DNA of 64,000 nucleotides, taken from assembly GCA_030704615.1 (NCBI GenBank), contig CM060732.1:66774001-66838000 (forward strand). The letters run 5' to 3'. A model generated the notes under the pieces. It ran no database searches. It was not told where the DNA came from and saw only the letters and a list, made by a program, of their open reading frames with translations. Position numbers and translations under genes: made by a program. Source of the DNA: Takakia lepidozioides. Lineage: Eukaryota > Plantae > Bryophyta. Shown in pieces: positions 35,480 through 47,837 of the stretch (the first letter of the stretch is position 1; every line of letters begins with the position of its first letter).

Positions 35480-35885
35480 CACGGGCCATCACAGACCAGC
35501 ACAGGCCCACAAATCAATGATCACAGCCGTCACAACCCCACACAGGCCACAGTCCCACAACCCATCACAGCCCCAAAGGCCATAGATCACAGCCTATCAC
35601 AGCCTGTCACAGCCCTACACAGGTCACAGGCTCACAACCCCACAGGCCACAGCCTCTCACGACCCTACACAGGTCACAGGGTCACAGCCCCAAAGGCCAC
35701 ATGTCACGGCCGGTCACAGCCTGTCATAGCCCCTCACAGCCCCACAGGCCACAGATCATAGCCTGTCACAACCCGTCACAGCCCCACAGGCCACTGGGCA
35801 CAGCCCATCATAGCCCGTCACAGCCCCACATGCCACAGCACAGCCCGTCACAGCCCGCCACAGCCTATTACAGCCCCATCCATGG
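35480..35885. repeat. CACAGCC-rich degenerate minisatellite
   Basis: Read directly; resembles the reverse complement of the LTR family A minisatellite. Confidence 0.8.
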
Positions 35886-36114
35886 CCACTCATGGCAATT
35901 TAGCCATTTCTCCAAGGGGTTTAGCCACGCCAAGCTAGGGTTTGTGTCTCTTGGACTCTAGGCTTCTTTGCACCGAGCTATGGCGGTTGTGAGGAAATTA
36001 GCAAGATATTCTTGCTCTTTATGCCCCCACACACCACCAATAGTAACTCTAATTCCAAAGGAAGATGTTTGCAACCGAAACTAAGTGCACAAGCTTCCTT
36101 TTAACTCACAAAAC

Positions 36115-39110
36115 AACGCCATCTTGAGCCTTGTCCCCATCTTCTTCCAAAGTGCCCTCCAAAATTTACTCGTAAACTTTGGATCGCAGTCCGAGACAAT
36201 ATCCTTCGGGAGTCCATGATACTTGAAGATGTGGGTGAAGTAAAGTCGCCCTGTCTCCTGCGCCGTTGCCGTCTCCTTGGTGGGAATGAAATGGCCCATT
36301 TTACTAAACCTATCCACCACCACCATGATTGCATCGAATCCTTTTGACAGCGACATAACAGTCATGAAATCCATCGAGAGACTTTCCCAAGTCCCCTCTG
36401 GAATCAGTAAGGGTTGTAATAGCCTTGCTTGCTTTTTTGTACTCGCTCCGGTTTTGTTGGCATGTGGTGCATGTCTTGACATATTCCTCGGCCTCCTCCC
36501 TCAGTTTGGGCCAGAAATACTCTTTCTTCAAGAGTGCCGCGGTGCGCTTGGCTCCGCCGTGCCCGCAAGTGGGCCATCATGGCATTCTCTCAAGAAACTA
36601 TCTCTAATCCCTCCCTTCGGCACATAGAGACGCTTTTGCTTATACAGGAGCAGTCGATTTTGCAAGTGGAACTGCGATTTAACCCCCACCCTCAAGTCCA
36701 GCATCACGGACTTTGCCATCTCATCCTTCCGGTAAGCCTTCCAGATCTTCCTTTGGAGCGCCGTCTCGCCCCTATACACCAACATGAGTTGCTTTTTTCT
36801 ACTTAAAGCATCAGCCATCACATTGTCCCGTCTCGGTTTGTACTGGATATCCACGTCGAACACCGCTAAAGTATCTTGCTACCTAAGTTGTTTTGGGGAC
36901 AACTTAGGCTGCGTGGCAAAATACTTCACCGTGACATTGTCCGTGAACAAAAACCTTCACTGGGTTGGAACCAACATAGTGGCGCCAAAGCTCAAGGTTG
37001 TACCACCACCGTCATCTCTTTCTTGTCTGTCGGCCACAGTCGCTCCATTTCATTCAGTTTCTTATTTTTGTAAGCCATTAGACGTCTATCTTGCATAAGT
37101 ACACCCCTAATCGCGAAGTCCGACGCATCTGTATGAATCTCGAACGGACGGTCGAACTCCAGGATTTTCAAGACTGGAGCTTCCACCATCCGCTGCTTCA
37201 ATTCAGCAAAAGCTTGGCCACAAAAGATGTTCCATACCCAGACTTTGGATTTACACAGAAGGTCCGACAGCGGCCCTGCGATCTTGGCGAAATTTCTTAC
37301 ATACTTCCGGTAATAGGAGCGAGTCCTAGGAAGGATCGCACTCCCGGGACCAAAGTCGGAGGCTCCCAGTCCAAGATCGCCCTCACCTTTCTATCATCCA
37401 TTTTGATTCCATCCCGTGTAATCACATGCCCCAGGAACTCCACTTTCGTGACCCTAAATTCGCACTTTGAAGCTTTGGCATACAACTTCCCTTCCCGCAA
37501 TTTCTGGAACACCCTTTTGAGGTGCTCCTCCTTTGTTTTCGAGTACACCAAGACGTCGATGTACACGATCACAAAGTCATCCAACCACTCCTGGAAAAGG
37601 CTGTTCATCAGCGTGCTAAAGGTCGCGGGTGAGTTGGTGAGCCCAAAAGGCCTCACCAAGAACTCACATGAACCATACCTTATCCTACACGTGGTCTTCT
37701 CCTCATCTCCTTCCGCCACTCGAATTTGATGATAGCCGGAGCGCAAATTGATCCGGCTGAAATACTTCGCTCCTGCCAACCGATCGAAGAGGTCGTCGAT
37801 CCTTGACAAAGGGTACCGATTTTTGATAGTCACCTTATTCAGAGCCCTGTAATCGACACACATCCGTAGCGTCCCATCTTTCTTGTATGCGAATAACATC
37901 GGGGCTCCGTAAGGTGACTTACTCGGACGGATGTACCCCTTTGACATTAGATCATTCTCGACCAACTCTTTGTGGCTCAACCGGTAAGGGTGCCTTGGCA
38001 GGCGGTTCCGATCCCGGTATCACCTCAATCTTGTGGTCAACTCCTCTTCGCGGTGGCAAGCCGCTCGGTAGATCCTCCGGCATCACATCCTGGTATTTCT
38101 CCAAAATCCCTTTGATCCAATCTGGGCTCAGCTCCCTATCGCCTTCTCCCTTCACTTGTCTTACGCAAAACAAAAACTGGGGCTCGTGTGACTCCTCCAC
38201 GGCCCACTCCCTTGCTGACAGAAGGTTTATTGCCCTCCCACGGGTTTGGGCATTTCCACACTCGTAAGAATTCGCCACCATTCCCACATGGCAGCGTGAC
38301 TACTCTCTTGCAGCCATCTATGACCGCTCCGGATTTGCTCAAAAAGGTCATCCCCAAAATAAGGTCCACTCCATCGATCTCGCAACTGGTGAAGTTCTCA
38401 CATCCCTCCCAACTCCCCAGTTGAAGAGGAACATCGAACGCCAACCTCGTCGTCAATTGCGGTTCTGCTTTGGCAGAACGCACCTCAATAGAGGCCCCCA
38501 CGTCACTTGTCGGGAGCCCCAACTTTCGTGTCGTTGCCGGTGTCATGAAGGAGTGCGACGCTCCTGTGTCCACCAACAACGACACGTTAGTTCCGGATAT
38601 TATTCCATCCACGAACAATAACTGACTCCCTTTACGCAGGGCGCCAGTTTCCTGATACAACTCACAAAAATAGTTGCCTACCTTGCAAGTCCTAGCGACC
38701 ACCGCTTCCACCAAGCGACTGATGGAATCTTCCGACAGCTCTATGGTCGCCCGAGTCATGTTCAATTGTCGGGGTTTCGTGCATTTCTTGGCCAAGTGCC
38801 CGGGCTCCCTGCAATTGAATCACACTCCATCAAAGGTCACATTTTGTCCGCCATAAGTCGCCGCACCTGTTTTTCGTTTCGGAGCACCGGGTGCCGCCTT
38901 GACGTGTGAAGGCCCTCCCTTCCACGTGCCATTGTCGCCGCGTGGCCTATCCCACTTCTTTTCTGGTCGGGAGGAGTCACCCTCCCGCCAAGTCTTCTTG
39001 TGGTTTAGCTCCGTACGACCTTGTCTTTCACCCCTAGGGACATCCGAGAAACATTCAGCCCTCTCAATTGCCTCGTTCAAAGTTTTAGGTGGCTTCTCCT
39101 CCAACTTCCG
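36115..39110 (-). mobile_element. Ty3/gypsy (chromovirus-like) gag-pol, degenerate
   Basis: PKTLNEAIERAE, knuckle *FNCREPGHLAKKC, protease LVDTGASHSF, RT ([23 protein letters not shown]), RNase H (TDASDFAIRGVLMQ) and integrase (CTTCQ, WESLSMDF, VVDRFSKM). Frameshifts present. Confidence 0.95.
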
Positions 39111-39981
39111 CCTGTTCAAGGAAGGAGGCCATGGGAGCACTACGAGATATGTCAATGTTAGCTAGCAGCCTCACCATCCAATCCTCCAAGGCCCGCCTTC
39201 TCTGCACAAAACCACCCACTGTGAGAGTACGAAGAACACCATTACAATCAAACCTTGAGCATAAAGTTTGGTACCTCTGCTGCACTCAAAGCACAACGAA
39301 AAAAGTTAATGCAAAAGAGGGGAGAGATTCCACTCTTCATAAAAACGCCCTCCTAAGAGCCTGAAGGATTTTTGTGAGGTGCAAAACATCTGGAAAAGTG
39401 AACATGTACCAGAAAACTTGCATGATGAACATAGGTTATTCCTTGGGAATCTTATGCATGAGTTACATGCCCAACCACAATGATACATTCAGACTGTAAA
39501 ATAGGGGCTAACAGCAAACACCCAGTCTGAGTAAATTCAATGGCCTGTTCAAGGAAGGAGGCCATGGGAGCACTACGAGATATGTCAATGTTAGCTAGCA
39601 GCCTCACCATCCAATCCTCCAAGGCCCGCCTTCTCTGCACAAAACCACCCACTGTGAGAGTACGAAGAACACCATTACAATCAAACCTTGAGCATAAAGT
39701 TTGGTACCTCTGCTGCACTCAAAGCACAACGAAAAAAGTTAATGCAAAAGAGGGGGGAGATTCCACTCTTCATAAAGACGCCCTCCTAAGAGCCTGAAGG
39801 ATTTTTGTGAGGTGCAAAACATCTGGAAAAGTGAACATGTACCAGAAAACTTGCATGATGAACATAGGTTATTCCTTGGGAATCTTATGCATGAGTTACA
39901 TGCCCAACCACAATGATACATTCAGACTGTAAAATAGGGGCTAACAGCAAACACCCAGTCTGAGTAAATTCAATGGCCTGT
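39110..39981. repeat. 433-bp tandem duplication (intron plus exon 5 of the PX gene)
   Basis: 39110-39542 is nearly identical to 39543-39975, with GCCTGT microhomology at the junctions. Confidence 0.95.
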
Positions 39982-42156
39982 CATTCATACCTCCTGGAGC
40001 AGCGAGTGGCTTGAATTAATGCGCATCAATGCATGTTTGGAAGGGGCTGCTGGCAGCTGCTTCTTTGGGAAAACACGCTTCAGCTATGCCACAGCACCCA
40101 CTGTGTCTCTCTCAGTACCCTACCAACATCAATACCTTGCAACTATTTTGCAAAGAAAATGCATAGAACCACCCAAACTAGACGTTCAGGGTAGGTAATC
40201 CTATAATAACAATGGGTTTCACAAGATGGATGGAAATAATAGTTAGTAGAAACACTTAGGACGGTTCCTCCCAGGTTCCATTTTAGGAGCAAGGGAGAAA
40301 AATCAATCTTACAATGTTAAGTCTGAAATTATGGCCTGTCCCGAACAGGGAGTGAGAGGAAATAGTGAGAGGGAAGAGGGCAGAGAGAACCAAGAGATAC
40401 ATAAAAGCAAAAAAAGCAGTTATGCACTTCGACAACCAAACCATTGCAGTCTACCAGGCCTAATGAGTGGTTAAGGAGTGACCGTACCCAGTGGACACCA
40501 GAACTGCTTTAAGTTAGCTGTTTACCACAGAGAAAAGATGCAAAAAGTCGCTGAAGCGCCTTAGAGTCTCCCGCAGAGTGCTGATGCCGTCTGGGGACTG
40601 AATGCCCACTTGCATCCTAAAGTACTGCCAGTTCCACCCCCCCACTCCAGGACAAATCAGAAAGAGCAGCAGTATTTCCTCATCAGATGAAATACCCAGA
40701 AGTTCAGGTAGATCTCAGAAAGAAAGGTTACAGAGGGATTAATCGTAACACTTAAAATTACACAGGCTGTAGCCTTGCAGCCATTTATCCCCTTGCATTG
40801 AGCTTCCCAGCACCCCCGGTCAAGGCCATCCCATTTTGCATAATCAGGCTTTAGTTCAAACTCGAGTTGAGAGGCATGAAGAGAGAGCAGTGGAGTACTG
40901 CTAAAGAAGGGTTACAGATAAGCAGTACCACAGTGGGATTGATGAAGGCACCATCAGCAGCCTTTGCTTCCGGCAAAACCACCCATGAAGGAATGAAGAC
41001 GCAATAACTCCAGCCAGTGCGAGGGTTGTGTGGCCACACTGTTTGTGCTCCATCCTGTAACATGCAGATACCCACCAAGCATCAGCATTCTCATGTACCC
41101 TTGTACCATATATGTTGGGTTTGATAACCTCAAACTTATCAGATTTCTAGCCAGAGAATAAAGCAACTTTTGAGGAGAGGCGCAGCAATTCAAGCACTCG
41201 GATTCTACAAATATTGATACAGCTAATGGAGTCTAAGTCTGTGTGACATGTTTCTGAATCACATGGACTGTCTCCCTGGTGAATCCTTGTCTGCACCATT
41301 GTTTTTTCAGACCAACCTCCCTTAACCTTCATACCATCTCCCTCATCCATACATTCGAGAGAGCATGAATGCATTGTTTCAGGTATTCTGTTCAAACTCA
41401 GATTGAATCCACTGAACTCCTAGCTCCTGATCTGTGGCATGTATACAAAGTAAGCAGGATTCACAGACTTCTATGTTATCTCATAATTTGCAACCTATCC
41501 AATCCAATTCCAACAGGCATCTTGGAACTGAGCTGGCTTGTTGAATTAGCTGGCTGAAAGTTTAGGTCTCGCCCCTCCTACCGTCAGCATGCATCCGATC
41601 CTGAACTATGACAAAAACAAACGAACGGTTAAGAACTATTCCCCCACAGGTTCCACCTTTCTCCTCCTCCCATGAGCGAGCAAAGTCAAGTGACTCCTCA
41701 TCCATTTCCAAACTTCACCCGATACTATTTTCCTCTCAAACGAAATCAGATTCCCCACAACAATGCCATGTAACCGCACAGGCCGTCTTCGGAATGATGT
41801 TCTTCAAAATCGCAAGAACCATCATCTTACAATTTGCCTAGAACAATTACTCAGCATCCAGTAAGATCAATACTAACTAGCATATATCCCCTCAAGATCC
41901 GACGAACCGACCATCTCACCTATTCCACAATCTCATCCTGAGCGCATTAGGTTGGTCAAATCGCCCAGGATCATACAACAGCCCAATGATTCACAGCAAG
42001 TACTAAGAATCTAGAACTTCAGCTTCAGCGATATTGCAAATCGCAATTTACAGGAACATAACTTACCCATCGTGAAGGTGCCGGGCTTGCATCCATCCCC
42101 AGAGGCAGGGGAGAAGCTCCATCATGTCGATGCCGCGGGGGACTCCTCTCTGCCAT
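39111..42156 (-). pseudogene. 5' half of a PX-domain protein gene (EREX/EREL-like), truncated
   Basis: Exons [30 protein letters not shown] (42156-42067), [24 protein letters not shown] (~41054-40929), YFRMQVGIQSPDG...RRFSDFL (~40625-40527), LKRVFPKKQLPAAP (~40083-39991) and RRRALEDWMVRLLANIDISRSAPMASFLE (present twice). Confidence 0.9.
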
Positions 42157-43008
42157 CTGCCCTCAGCTTAGGGCCACCACCGCCCCGATGGTGGAAAACA
42201 AACCGATCACTTGCAGAACAAGATTCGATCGAATGAATCCGACCACCCACGATACGTTTCTGAATTTCGCTGGCACAGAATTTGCATGGGAGAGAGAGAA
42301 TGCACATGGCACGGACTCATGTGATGATTTCAGTGCCACCCACAACCAAGAAGGCCTCACAGACCACAAAAACTCACCACTTCACAACAATCTGTGCTCT
42401 GAGAAGCACGCATGATCTCATCACCTGCACGCTTGCTGCATCTGTGCAGCAAAATTTATGTCAGATTCGTGAAGAATGTGTTGCGAGAGGCCAAGCAAGC
42501 AAAGAGTACCTTTGCCTTGCGAGACTGGATATACCCTTGCACAGAATTCGTCCATCCAACATTCATTCCAATATACAGTGTCTCGAGTCTCGGCTTCCGA
42601 GTCCTTCCAGTGATCTGATCTCTTCCAGCGATGGCGATGGCAGCCTGCTCAGAGAGCATACGAGCATACCCAATTCTCGGGAATGGCCGGGAGGCATCAC
42701 AGCGTGCAGCAGATCAACGGGAGAGAGTAAGGAGCTGAAGTGGAGAGGAACAACTGGGCAATGCCGAGCCCCAGGCCCTTGCAATGCGAAAACTGGAACC
42801 TTTCCTCATCTCAAGGCAGGTGTGTATGAGGCGTTTCGAAACTTCTGTTTGTTTTGGTTGTCTAATTTTGGGTGTCTGAGCTATCCAGGCTGCGGACTGT
42901 CCTTGACCCATGTTTGCACCAATTCTGATGCAAGAAGAGAAGGTCACATGGTATGGCATGTAGGGCTGCAGAAGAACGGGAGTGTAATCGAAACCTTGTC
43001 CGTCTTCC

Positions 43009-43568
43009 ATGAACTCATGCAGTATCTCCCGAAGAAGCTGCAATGGGGAACATGTTGCGGATCTCAATTCATGCAGCAGAGTGGCTGGGAGTGCTGTGGA
43101 GCTGAAATGGACATGTGCTTTGGCAGTGCAAGGAAAGGGACCTTTGCAGGGGGTGGGTATGGCGCCCTCCACTCCGCCAGGGAAACCGAAGACAGGTAAG
43201 GACATGAAACTCGTTACGTGTTTATTTCTTTCTGTAGATTGTGGGCAATCCATGTTCCAAATTGCCTTTGAACCATTCGAGCAGAAACGAAGACCTGTAG
43301 ACTTCCATCTACTCGTTCATTATCTCCAGAACTACCTGGGATTCTGGTCATATATCTTCTTTCCACCCATGGCATGAGAGAGGGACAGAGAGAGGAGAGC
43401 GAGCTCACCCATAGTTCACGACAATCCGCGAACAGCAAATCAGTGTCAGGGCCAGTATAGATGAAACAAAAGCTAGTTCTAGCACCGCCGCCCTAGTCCC
43501 CAGTTTGACACAAATTTGATAAATGTGGCTGTGATTGCACTACCATTAAGACATCGGTTGAGTGACTT

Positions 43569-43605
<37 letters not shown>

Positions 43606-46600
43606 AACATTATAATGTCCACTGCGGGCCCATGGGACAGGTCAGGACAAACCAACGACTCTATCAAGTGTCACCTTAAGACGCAGTGCCTCAGCAGGTT
43701 CGCCAACAGAGGAAGAGATGAGAATTCATTACAGTCATGGGAGGGTCCATGGGATACAGTAGAAAAAGACTTTAGGACCACTGAAACAAAGGAACTATCT
43801 AAATCCCAAACTTTGCACAAAGACGCACTGCCACTAAGCACTTAGGGTCCTCATGACTGGAAGAGAAAGACGGTAGCTTATGGAGAACATATAATGACAT
43901 TGTACAACACCACTTCTAGCTGATGTGATGTTTCTTTGGATCTCCAGAAATGTTGTCCAAAACTAGAGTAACACTCCTTGAAATCAACGTGTTTAGAAGC
44001 TGGCAATGTACTCATGTTGTTGCGGTTTTTGTACACAGGGGAAGCGATAAGTACGGAACAACTCTGGCAGGAGTTCTTCTCAGATCCTTCACAGTGGTGG
44101 GATAACAGGCATGAGAAGGTGAGGGACATGTTCATTTAGGCTGTGACAGAGGGTGTCAGTTTTCCACACTGTTGCGAGAAATCAATCAAAGCAGTTATTA
44201 CTGTGGGCATTCATAGCTTGTGCTTCCTTTTTCCAAAGAGCTTGAAGGTAGGTTTCCAGGTTCTTACCTGTATTTGAGAGATGTTTGGATGTTTGGTGGT
44301 TAAATTATGGCTGTTCATTTGTCGACTCACTGACATTACAGAGAAGTCAAAGATCACCAGACTTCAAGCATAAGCGCACCAAGGAGGTCCTTTGGATTGA
44401 GAGTTGGTCAAACCCTCCTTGGGTGAAATCCGAGCTAGCTGCCATGACACAAGATCAAGGGCGATCTGGTGATGATTTGAATGTCAAGGTACCTCATGGA
44501 GCTCCAGGCCAAGAACACAACGGGTATTGTTTTGATGATGATTGAAGAGTTCCAAGTCTAGAAAGGGTACAGTTTATCCTTCAAAGTAGATGACTGCAGT
44601 AGTTTGTAGCTCTCTTAAATGTTGCAAATGGACTGTCCTCATGGTCATTCAAAGATATAGTACTTAAGTTTGAGCTAAGAGGTTTGTGACTAACAATTTT
44701 GGGTCGTTCAGGGTGGCTGTGTTAAACCAGGTAGACATGTTTGTCACACAGCAAACTGGCAGCAGTGTTAGCACCTCCAGCATCACCACTGTTCCTGAAA
44801 CAGTGACAAGAGAGAGACTCACTCGTAGGGCTGCAAGCACACCAGGCCAGGGAGGACGACTAAAAGACATGCTGCACATTTTGAACCAACAAGGAAACTG
44901 GGCAGACTCCAATACTTATGTCTGTCTCTTACAGGAGTGCATCAACATGAAAGACTTGGCAGAGGGAAGGCAGGTGCATGCCCACATTACACAAAGTGGA
45001 TTTAAACCAAACATGTTTCTCCTCAATACCCTTGTAAACATGTATGCCAAATGCGGGAGCATTGCCGATGCCCGCCAAGTGTTTGACAAAATGCCTGAAC
45101 GAACATTGTTTACATGGACTATAATGATGGCAGGATATGCCAAACATGGGCATGCCGAGGAGGCTCTGAAAATCTATGAGCATATGCAACAGGAAGGTGT
45201 TGTGCCTGACAGGGTTACATTTATATGTATCCTCAATGCATGTGCCACCCTAGGTGCCCTGGAAAAGGGCAAAGAGATCCATGCTGATATCTTGAAAGCT
45301 GAAATTCCGTCATATATAAATTTGGACACTGCCCTTGCTGATATGTATGCCAAATGCGGGAGCATGAGGGATGCTCATCAAGTGTTCAGCAGTATGGTTA
45401 AACGTAATGTCGTCTCATGGAACGTCATGATTGCAGGTTATGCTGAGAATGGGTGTGGGGAGGAGGCCTTCAAGATCTATGAGCAAATGCAATTCGAAAA
45501 GGTGGCACCCGACAAGGTCACATTCATTTCCATTCTCAATGCTTGTGCCATCGTGGGAGCGTTGGAAAAGGGCAAAGAAGTCCATGCTGATATAGTGAAA
45601 GCTGGAATTGTGTCATATATAAATTTAGACACTGCCCTTGCTGACATGTATGCCAAATGCGGGAGCATGAAGGATGCACGGCAAGTGTTCGACAACATGC
45701 CTAAACATGATGTGGTGTCATGGAACGTCATGATCACAGGTTATGCTGAGCATGGGTCTGGGAGGGATGCATTTGCTAGCTATGAGCAAATGCAACAGGA
45801 AGGGGTGACAGCTAACAAGGTCACGTTCATTTCTCTTCTCAATGCGTGTGCTAGTTTCGGGGCGCTTGAAAAGGGCAAGCAGATTCATGCTGACATCATC
45901 AAGGCTGGAACTGCATCCTATATTAAATTGGGGAATAGCCTTGTCGACATGTATGCCAAATGCGGGAGCTTGAAGGATGCCTGGAAAGTGTTTGAGGCTA
46001 TGGCTCAACGAGACGTGGTCTCATGGAATGCCATGATTGCTGGATGCGCCCAGCATGGGGTTGGAAGGGAGGTTCTACAAATATTTGAACAAATGCAACA
46101 GGAAGGGTTGAATCCAAATGGCATCACCTATGTATCTCTTCTCTCTGGATGTCGACATTTGGGCTTAATTGATGAAGGTCTTCACTACTTTGATGCCATG
46201 AGGCAAAATCATGGCCTCGCGCCTTCAGTGGAACATTTTGGCTGCATGGTGGACCTTCTTGGCCGTGCAGGGCAAGTGGATGAGGCAGAGGCCCTCATTG
46301 ACAAAATGCCAGTCGAACCAAATGCTTCAGTGTGGGGAGCCTTGCTTGGTGCCTGCAGGATTCACAGCAATGTCAAGCTAGCAGAACGAGCTGCAAATGG
46401 CGTTTTGAAGTGTGATCCACAGAACCCTGGAGCTTATGTGCTACTATCGAACATCTATGCTGCGGCTGGCAGGTGGGACGATAAAGCAAAGGTGAGAAAA
46501 ATGATGGAGGACAGAGGTGTCAGAAAGGAACGAGGGCACAGCTGCATTGAAGTCAACAACCAGGTGCATACATTTGTTGCAGAAGACAAATCGCACCCCC

Positions 46601-46662
46601 AAATTGAGGAAATCCATGCCGAGCTGCAAGGATTGGCTGGGCGTTTCTGCCACCATTATTGA
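43009..46662 (+). CDS. PLS-E PPR protein with N-terminal OSB-type PDF motif; DYW domain cut off at ~46642. Exons: ...-43194, 44039-44118, 44342-44523 (or 44488), 44712 (or 44731)-46662; start codon uncertain
   Basis: LWQEFFSDPSQWWDNRHEK|RSQRSPDFKHKRTKEVLWIESWSNPPWV splices in frame to a 658-aa PLS-E ORF ending ERGHSCIEV...EIHAELQGLAG, followed by retroelement sequence. Confidence 0.85.
43569..43605. repeat. (TG)n(AG)n microsatellite
   Basis: Read directly. Confidence 0.9.
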
Positions 46663-46870
46663 GCATAGCCCCTCAAATAGGTGGGAGCCACTTCCACCCG
46701 ATCCTCGTCAGTCAACTTGGCTGCCCGGAAGTACTGCTCTAGCTCCAAGAGCCATGTGTTGAGTGCCTTCCGATTTTGGACGCCCTCGAAGGTGCCGGGT
46801 TCCTTAGGCTTCACCTACAGCTCCTTGGGCTCTCCTACAGCTTGAAGGTGCCATAACCACGGCGCCGTCT
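46641..46870 (-). mobile_element. Ty3/gypsy gag N-terminal fragment
   Basis: VKPKEPGTFEGVQNRKALNTWLLELEQYFRAAKLTDEDRVEVAPTYLRGYAQ*WWQKR. Confidence 0.85.
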
Positions 46871-47837
46871 GAATTCAGAGTCAATTTTGTCTCCAAGTTA
46901 ATAATTATATTTTGATCTCAATAATGTTGGCTACCATATATCCTCGTCACCTCAAAATTGTTTCTTCCATATCGTGGGTACCTATATGGAAACATTTCTC
47001 TAGTCAAAATATGATCCTTTTGATCTACAGTTTTTCACCGATAGAAAACAGCCGGTCCTTATTGGTAACTAGCTTTGTTGACAACCAGATTTGCAGCAGC
47101 TGTTCTCACTGCAGTTGGCAGGGCGAGTTCTGTGTTTGGGACTGAATGAGTAGTCACTGTTGTCTTTACTATTCTTGAGGCTGTGTGCTTGTTGGCTACT
47201 TGTTGAAGTTCACCACAGTGCCACATTAACATAGCAACTCTGGTTCACACAAACAGACAAACGGACAAACGGACAGAGAGCGAACAAAGGCAAGCAGGCT
47301 TTCATCTGGGGACCCTCGACACCCTATTTCATTCGTTTCTCAATCTGATCCAAGAACCCCGTGGGGTGTCGATGAAGAAATCGACATAGCATTTAGTCAT
47401 GGTCAATGAAACTTATCAGCTCAACCTCCTGTGCCATGTTCACCTCCTTGAGAACTGAAAGATGCCTTGCAGTATCTTCAGTGCCAGAAGAGAAACTGCG
47501 GTCTCTCTTTCCTCGCCCTCTTCCAAATGTCGAAGTGCTTGATTGCAACAAGACAAACAGAACTGCTTGTCTGCTTGTCTGTCTGTTTGTCTGTCAGAGC
47601 AGGTGTGGGCTGCCGAAAGTCGGAATCTCAAGCTAGATTGGCAGCAAGTGGGGTGACCTTGCATGCTCAGGATATCGTGTGTATTCGCCATACACCTTGA
47701 TCTTGTGGTGTGGAGCCCCGTGAACGAAAGGGTGTGGACATAGATGCAAAGGTGGGGGGGTATGTATCGATTTGAGGTGGGTTGATTCTTGCGTGGACAT
47801 ACAATGCAATGGATGTGGGGATACATAATAGGCGAGG

